Below, piece by piece: positions 60,405 to 64,000 of a stretch of 64,000 nucleotides of DNA. The notes beneath the pieces are model-generated. The model did not search any database and was not told the DNA's origin. It worked only from the letters and a program-made list of their open reading frames with translations. Position 1 is the first letter of the stretch, and each line of letters begins with the position of its first letter. The translations under genes were made by a program, and so were the position numbers. Source of the stretch: Giardia intestinalis (lineage: Eukaryota); NCBI GenBank assembly GCA_000002435.2, contig CM018792.1. The stretch is one strand, 5' to 3'.

Positions 60405-62141
60405 TCACTCGGGTAATACATTAGAAGATGCTTCGCTATTGCTGGCGCTGCTGTTGTTATAAGAAGAAACTTTGGCATTGAGCTTCTTGAGCTTGGCTAG
60501 GGCACTGGTATACATCCGCTCCAACCTTTCTATTTTCTTTTGCTGTGCTAGAATTATGGTCTCAACGTGTTTCTCCTTAATTGTGAAGTCTCTGCTGTAC
60601 CACCCAAGTTTGTCTGCATAAACAGGTGTAAATAGGTAAAGAACACTGAAAGACCCGAGACAATATAGTATCAGAATTGAAGTTCGATAATACATCCCAT
60701 AAATGGCCGAAACAACAAACAACGCCTCGACCGATATCCGAAAAGACTGAGGCAGCACTCCTCTCCTGTAGAGGACGCGACCAAGGTGCGGGTAAGGAAC
60801 ACTGGAAATAGTAAGCAAGCAAAGCACTAGAACTGATGTGGAAAATGTTATTTGCTTGAGCATCGGCAGTGGGAGATTAAGGGTCCGAAACCAAAAGTGC
60901 GACAAGGTCCAATCCTGCTCAAATAGCACGCACAGTAAGCCTGCCATGGTGGCTGTAGCCGGCGACGGAAGCCCGAAAAAGAAGTAGACCCCACCCTTGA
61001 CCTGCTGGGCTCTCTTATTTAGGATGAAGCGGACAAGCCTGTAGAACACACAGAAAATATATACCCCCGCAAGTGTTATAGACCAAAGGCCACTGCTATA
61101 AGGGACGAAGGAGCTGGAGATGTGATGGATCAGTAGACCAACGGCAATTCCAAAAGACGTCGCATCTGCCACATCGTCAAACAACTCTCCGTTCTTAGTA
61201 CTACCCCACTTCTCTGCAACACGGCCATCAAATAAGTCGAACAACTGACCCATCATGATGCATGAAAGGACAAGAACACTGAGTGTCCCAGAAGAAACAG
61301 TCGATCCAGGTGGGAGCACAAGGAAGTGTATCCCTAACAAACCGCAAAGCAAATTAAGGATAGAGACGCAATTAGCATACCAATTCTGGGGAACACGTGA
61401 GAGAAACTGTTCTATGGTAACCAGCAGCGTTGCAATGAACAATAGGGCGTTGGAAAAGTATTCTAGATGGGATACATTAAGGGATCGTCGGAATGTTAAA
61501 ATGCGGAAAACATTTGTGTCATGATGGAAGAGGTTTTTGTTGTCGTTTAGAAGAAACTGAATAAATAGGCAAGTGTAAAGGCAGGAGTGCTTAAAGAGCG
61601 ACCGAAGAGTATTTCGTGTAGCTTGGCGACGGATTGTAACGTTAGACCACGAGCTAAGAATGATAAAGAGCATAGCCAATGCAGGATCTATTAGCGAAAT
61701 GTATGTAGCTTGCTCGTCGATAGATTGAGGATTGATTGCCTGGATCACTGAAGACACAGGCTGGAGCCGCGGAATCATTAGAAAGAAAAATATGGGAATG
61801 TAGAAGCACTGTTCTGAGTAGGGTGTTATGCACAGACGTGCTTGTGTTCCTAATAGCCACGGCTTCCATTTGGTGTGTTTGGCAGATTTTGTTCGCGTTT
61901 CAAGGTTGAGAATGTTTGCAGTAGATGCAGCCATACAGACGATGTAGAGCACCAGTGCTAAGGTTGTGTGGCCATTATAGAGCAAAAGAGACACTATGAG
62001 TCCGAGACCTAAGCACAGCCTAATCATTGCATTGGCTCCGGAACCGGTCCGTGATTTCATCAGATGTGAAAGCCCATACCCTGCAGTTACCCATACCAGT
62101 ATGAAAAGGATAAGCAAGGCAAAGGCTGCCTTAGGCTCCAT
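60405..62141 (-). CDS. CDP-alcohol phosphatidyltransferase family protein, phosphatidylserine-synthase-like
   Basis: FDLFDGRVAEKWGSTKNGELFDDVADATSFGIAVGLL matches the CDP-OH transferase motif D-G-x2-A-(R)-...-G-x3-D-x3-D and is closest to the PssA/CHO1 type (DGRVAR...SxFG.ELDSLAD..SFG). Many TM helices. C-terminal coiled-coil tail. The ORF-track start is TTG; the first ATG at 62141 (MEPKAAFALLILFILV) has the strong AT-rich initiator ctctttaaaaaaagagccctatagc. Confidence 0.6.
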   Translation of the reverse strand: MEPKAAFALLILFILVWVTAGYGLSHLMKSRTGSGANAMIRLCLGLGLIVSLLLYNGHTTLALVLYIVCMAASTANILNLETRTKSAKHTKWKPWLLGTQARLCITPYSEQCFYIPIFFFLMIPRLQPVSSVIQAINPQSIDEQATYISLIDPALAMLFIILSSWSNVTIRRQATRNTLRSLFKHSCLYTCLFIQFLLNDNKNLFHHDTNVFRILTFRRSLNVSHLEYFSNALLFIATLLVTIEQFLSRVPQNWYANCVSILNLLCGLLGIHFLVLPPGSTVSSGTLSVLVLSCIMMGQLFDLFDGRVAEKWGSTKNGELFDDVADATSFGIAVGLLIHHISSSFVPYSSGLWSITLAGVYIFCVFYRLVRFILNKRAQQVKGGVYFFFGLPSPATATMAGLLCVLFEQDWTLSHFWFRTLNLPLPMLKQITFSTSVLVLCLLTISSVPYPHLGRVLYRRGVLPQSFRISVEALFVVSAIYGMYYRTSILILYCLGSFSVLYLFTPVYADKLGWYSRDFTIKEKHVETIILAQQKKIERLERMYTSALAKLKKLNAKVSSYNNSSASNSEASSNVLPE

Positions 62142-62172
62142 GCTATAGGGCTCTTTTTTTAAAGAGGTCAAG

Positions 62173-63423
62173 CTACTCGGTGAGAGTACGGACGGTGTCG
62201 GCAGCCTCTATCACTGAGAGCCGCCGCCCGGTAGCCATGCTCATTATATTGCTGTCTATTTCATTCTTCAAAGCCGGTGCTCTAGGATGACTTTTAGATA
62301 CAGAGCTAAAGGCAGGGCTAGTAGGGCTGGAATAAAGCACATGGCTGTTGAAGCTAACGCGACGTAATCCACGTGCACTATCGCCAATGCTTGTTGCTTT
62401 CTCTCTGCTTATGTCGAGGGCGAGCTCATTGAGGGTAGTTTCGGCAAAGTTAACAAAAGAGCTGCGCTGGTCCACTTGTAGTTCATCCTTCTGTACCTCT
62501 GTCGTTCGCTTCATCTGTTCATATGCTGGATATGCTCTCTCAGATTGCGAAGTAAGCTCGTCTAGTTGCTCTTGTTTGCGTTTTAATGCACTCTCGAGAA
62601 GCGCTACTTTGCCTTCTAACTCACGGATCTTATCGGTTCTGATTTCTAACTGCGCAGCCTGGAGATTCTTTAACTGACTAAATGACTTCTTTGCATCTTC
62701 GAGAAGAACTCTTCGCTCGGTCTTTTCCGTTTCCAGCTGTGCTCTAAGTGTAATGATTTCTGCCCTGAGGCGCTCATTTTCCACATGTAGTTCCTGGTTT
62801 TCGCGACTGCTCTGTCTAGCCTCTTCCGGAGTGCTCTTGTTAGCATTCAACAACAGTACAATTGTATAGAGAGATCTATTGAGACGATTTAAGCATAGAC
62901 ATTCGGTGTCTTCGTCTATATATGAGGGAAGAGTGGAGATAAGACGGCCTTCGTCAGCGTGGTTATGACCTGTATTTGAAAATATGTTAATGTAATTCTC
63001 AAGGGCGTTGACAAGAAGCTCTTCGTTAGTCTGGTATTGGGTGACCATCCTCTTTAGTTTTGCAGTCTCCGATATTAAATTATTTTTCACCCTCTCGCTT
63101 AATTGCAGAGCCTTTTCAACGCTAGCACACTTTGTTTGCTGACCTACATACTCCGTTGTTACTCGCGCTAAGTCGGCCTCTAGTTGATGTAATGAGTCCT
63201 GGAGTGCGCGAATTTTCGTCTGATCCTCCAGTGCTTTATCGTGAGACATCAGCGCCACAGATGTTTGAGACTTTAGGTATAGAGTTTCGTTCTGCTGGAT
63301 CTTCGCCTCTAGCTTAATAACTCGGTCGATCAATGTCCTGTTTTCCTGTTCGAGGGCAGAAACGAGCACATTCTGCATGTCGTTCGTTTTTTCCTCAAAG
63401 AGTAATAAATAGCAGATTGACAT
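62173..63423 (-). CDS. Coiled-coil hypothetical protein (416 aa)
   Basis: ATG start. Heptad-rich E/L/K/Q sequence. No enzymatic motifs. Confidence 0.4.
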   Translation of the reverse strand: MSICYLLLFEEKTNDMQNVLVSALEQENRTLIDRVIKLEAKIQQNETLYLKSQTSVALMSHDKALEDQTKIRALQDSLHQLEADLARVTTEYVGQQTKCASVEKALQLSERVKNNLISETAKLKRMVTQYQTNEELLVNALENYINIFSNTGHNHADEGRLISTLPSYIDEDTECLCLNRLNRSLYTIVLLLNANKSTPEEARQSSRENQELHVENERLRAEIITLRAQLETEKTERRVLLEDAKKSFSQLKNLQAAQLEIRTDKIRELEGKVALLESALKRKQEQLDELTSQSERAYPAYEQMKRTTEVQKDELQVDQRSSFVNFAETTLNELALDISREKATSIGDSARGLRRVSFNSHVLYSSPTSPAFSSVSKSHPRAPALKNEIDSNIMSMATGRRLSVIEAADTVRTLTE

Positions 63424-63723
63424 TGCCGTTGCTTATCATCGTCAAATGCAGTACTATATACCACATCCGATCCCAACCATCTGATAGCCGGGCATTGTGT
63501 CAAGAACCAACGAATACTTTTACTTCTAAACACTGAATTTCTAGCTAGTGCATTACTAGATGGAGAGGGTGTTTGCTCTGATGTGGCATCCGATACCAAT
63601 GATGACGCAAACATATACCTAAAACTTAACCAAGCTTTAATCATCCTAGCACTCAAGCATAGCCTCTAGAACTCCCACTGTTCTTACTATAGTCAACTAC
63701 TCAACATAAAAATTGTAGGATTG

Positions 63724-64000
63724 CTATCCCTTTAGCCCCATCTTGAGCTTTGGCTCCTGGACCTGATCAGTCTTGACCTCCTTGGTGCTCCAATCGATCA
63801 GCTCTCCGTTACCAACCGTTACATAATCGCGTGCGTAGTGCATATTGTTATCATTTCTGTCTAAGGGGTCCATAAGGACTCGCAAAATATCGTCTGCAGC
63901 CTTTTCTAAATAGTCCTCACTTCCCTTGGCGTACCTCTTAAACCCAGCATCGTTGCATACAAAATAAACGTGGGTTCCATGTGGAACAAGATAGTATCGC
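63724..64000 (-). CDS. 3' end (C-terminal ~92 aa) of a gene that continues beyond the window, hypothetical
   Basis: Minus-strand frame open from the window edge to the TAG at 63724-63726. Translation: ..HGTHVYFVCNDAGFKRYAKGSEDYLEKAADDILRVLMDPLDRNDNNMHYARDYVTVGNGELIDWSTKEVKTDQVQEPKLKMGLKG*. Not in the ORF track because it is truncated by the window. Confidence 0.3.
   Translation of the reverse strand, partial: RYYLVPHGTHVYFVCNDAGFKRYAKGSEDYLEKAADDILRVLMDPLDRNDNNMHYARDYVTVGNGELIDWSTKEVKTDQVQEPKLKMGLKG

Noticed and set aside
1-64000. Search for CRISPR arrays, prokaryotic defence islands, transposases/integrases and LINE-like (GilM/GilT) reverse transcriptases
   Set aside because: None were found. 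There are no direct-repeat/spacer architectures other than the in-gene VSP array, and no RT, integrase or transposase motifs in any long ORF. The window is eukaryotic chromosomal sequence.

Overview
This window looks like nuclear DNA from a diplomonad, almost certainly Giardia intestinalis. The organism assignment is inference from several signals together: two cysteine-rich CXXC surface-protein ORFs ending in the Giardia VSP tail GGLVGFLCWWF(L/I)CRGKA; compact intronless genes with short AT-rich initiator regions directly before the ATG; and AGTRAAY-type polyadenylation signals just past stop codons. I can support about 36 protein-coding genes on both strands and three tRNA genes (Phe-GAA, Ser-CGA, Ile-UAU). 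The coding genes include an ER-targeted Hsp70-superfamily chaperone ending in KEEL, cytochrome b5, a CDF zinc transporter, eIF2-gamma, a fructosamine-kinase-family protein, GPI8, two tandem sirtuins, SPT16, a PPP phosphatase, a gamma-tubulin complex component, RPF2 (Brix), RidA, a Tctex1 light chain, a PS-synthase-like CDP-alcohol phosphatidyltransferase and a ubiquitin-system cluster. The most notable structural feature is a perfect tandem array of ~11 x 195-bp units inside a VSP gene, with a second, 5'-truncated VSP abutting it. The provided ORF track clearly accepts TTG/GTG/CTG as 'M', so I re-derived several gene starts to the first ATG carrying an AT-rich initiator. Unexplained regions worth follow-up are: a ~290-bp GC-rich island with a 15-bp perfect inverted repeat (candidate structured ncRNA); a ~3-kb ORF desert downstream of the VSPs; and a 128-codon ATG-less open frame upstream of a MATE-like transporter. 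I see no CRISPR arrays, prokaryotic operons or recognisable transposons.
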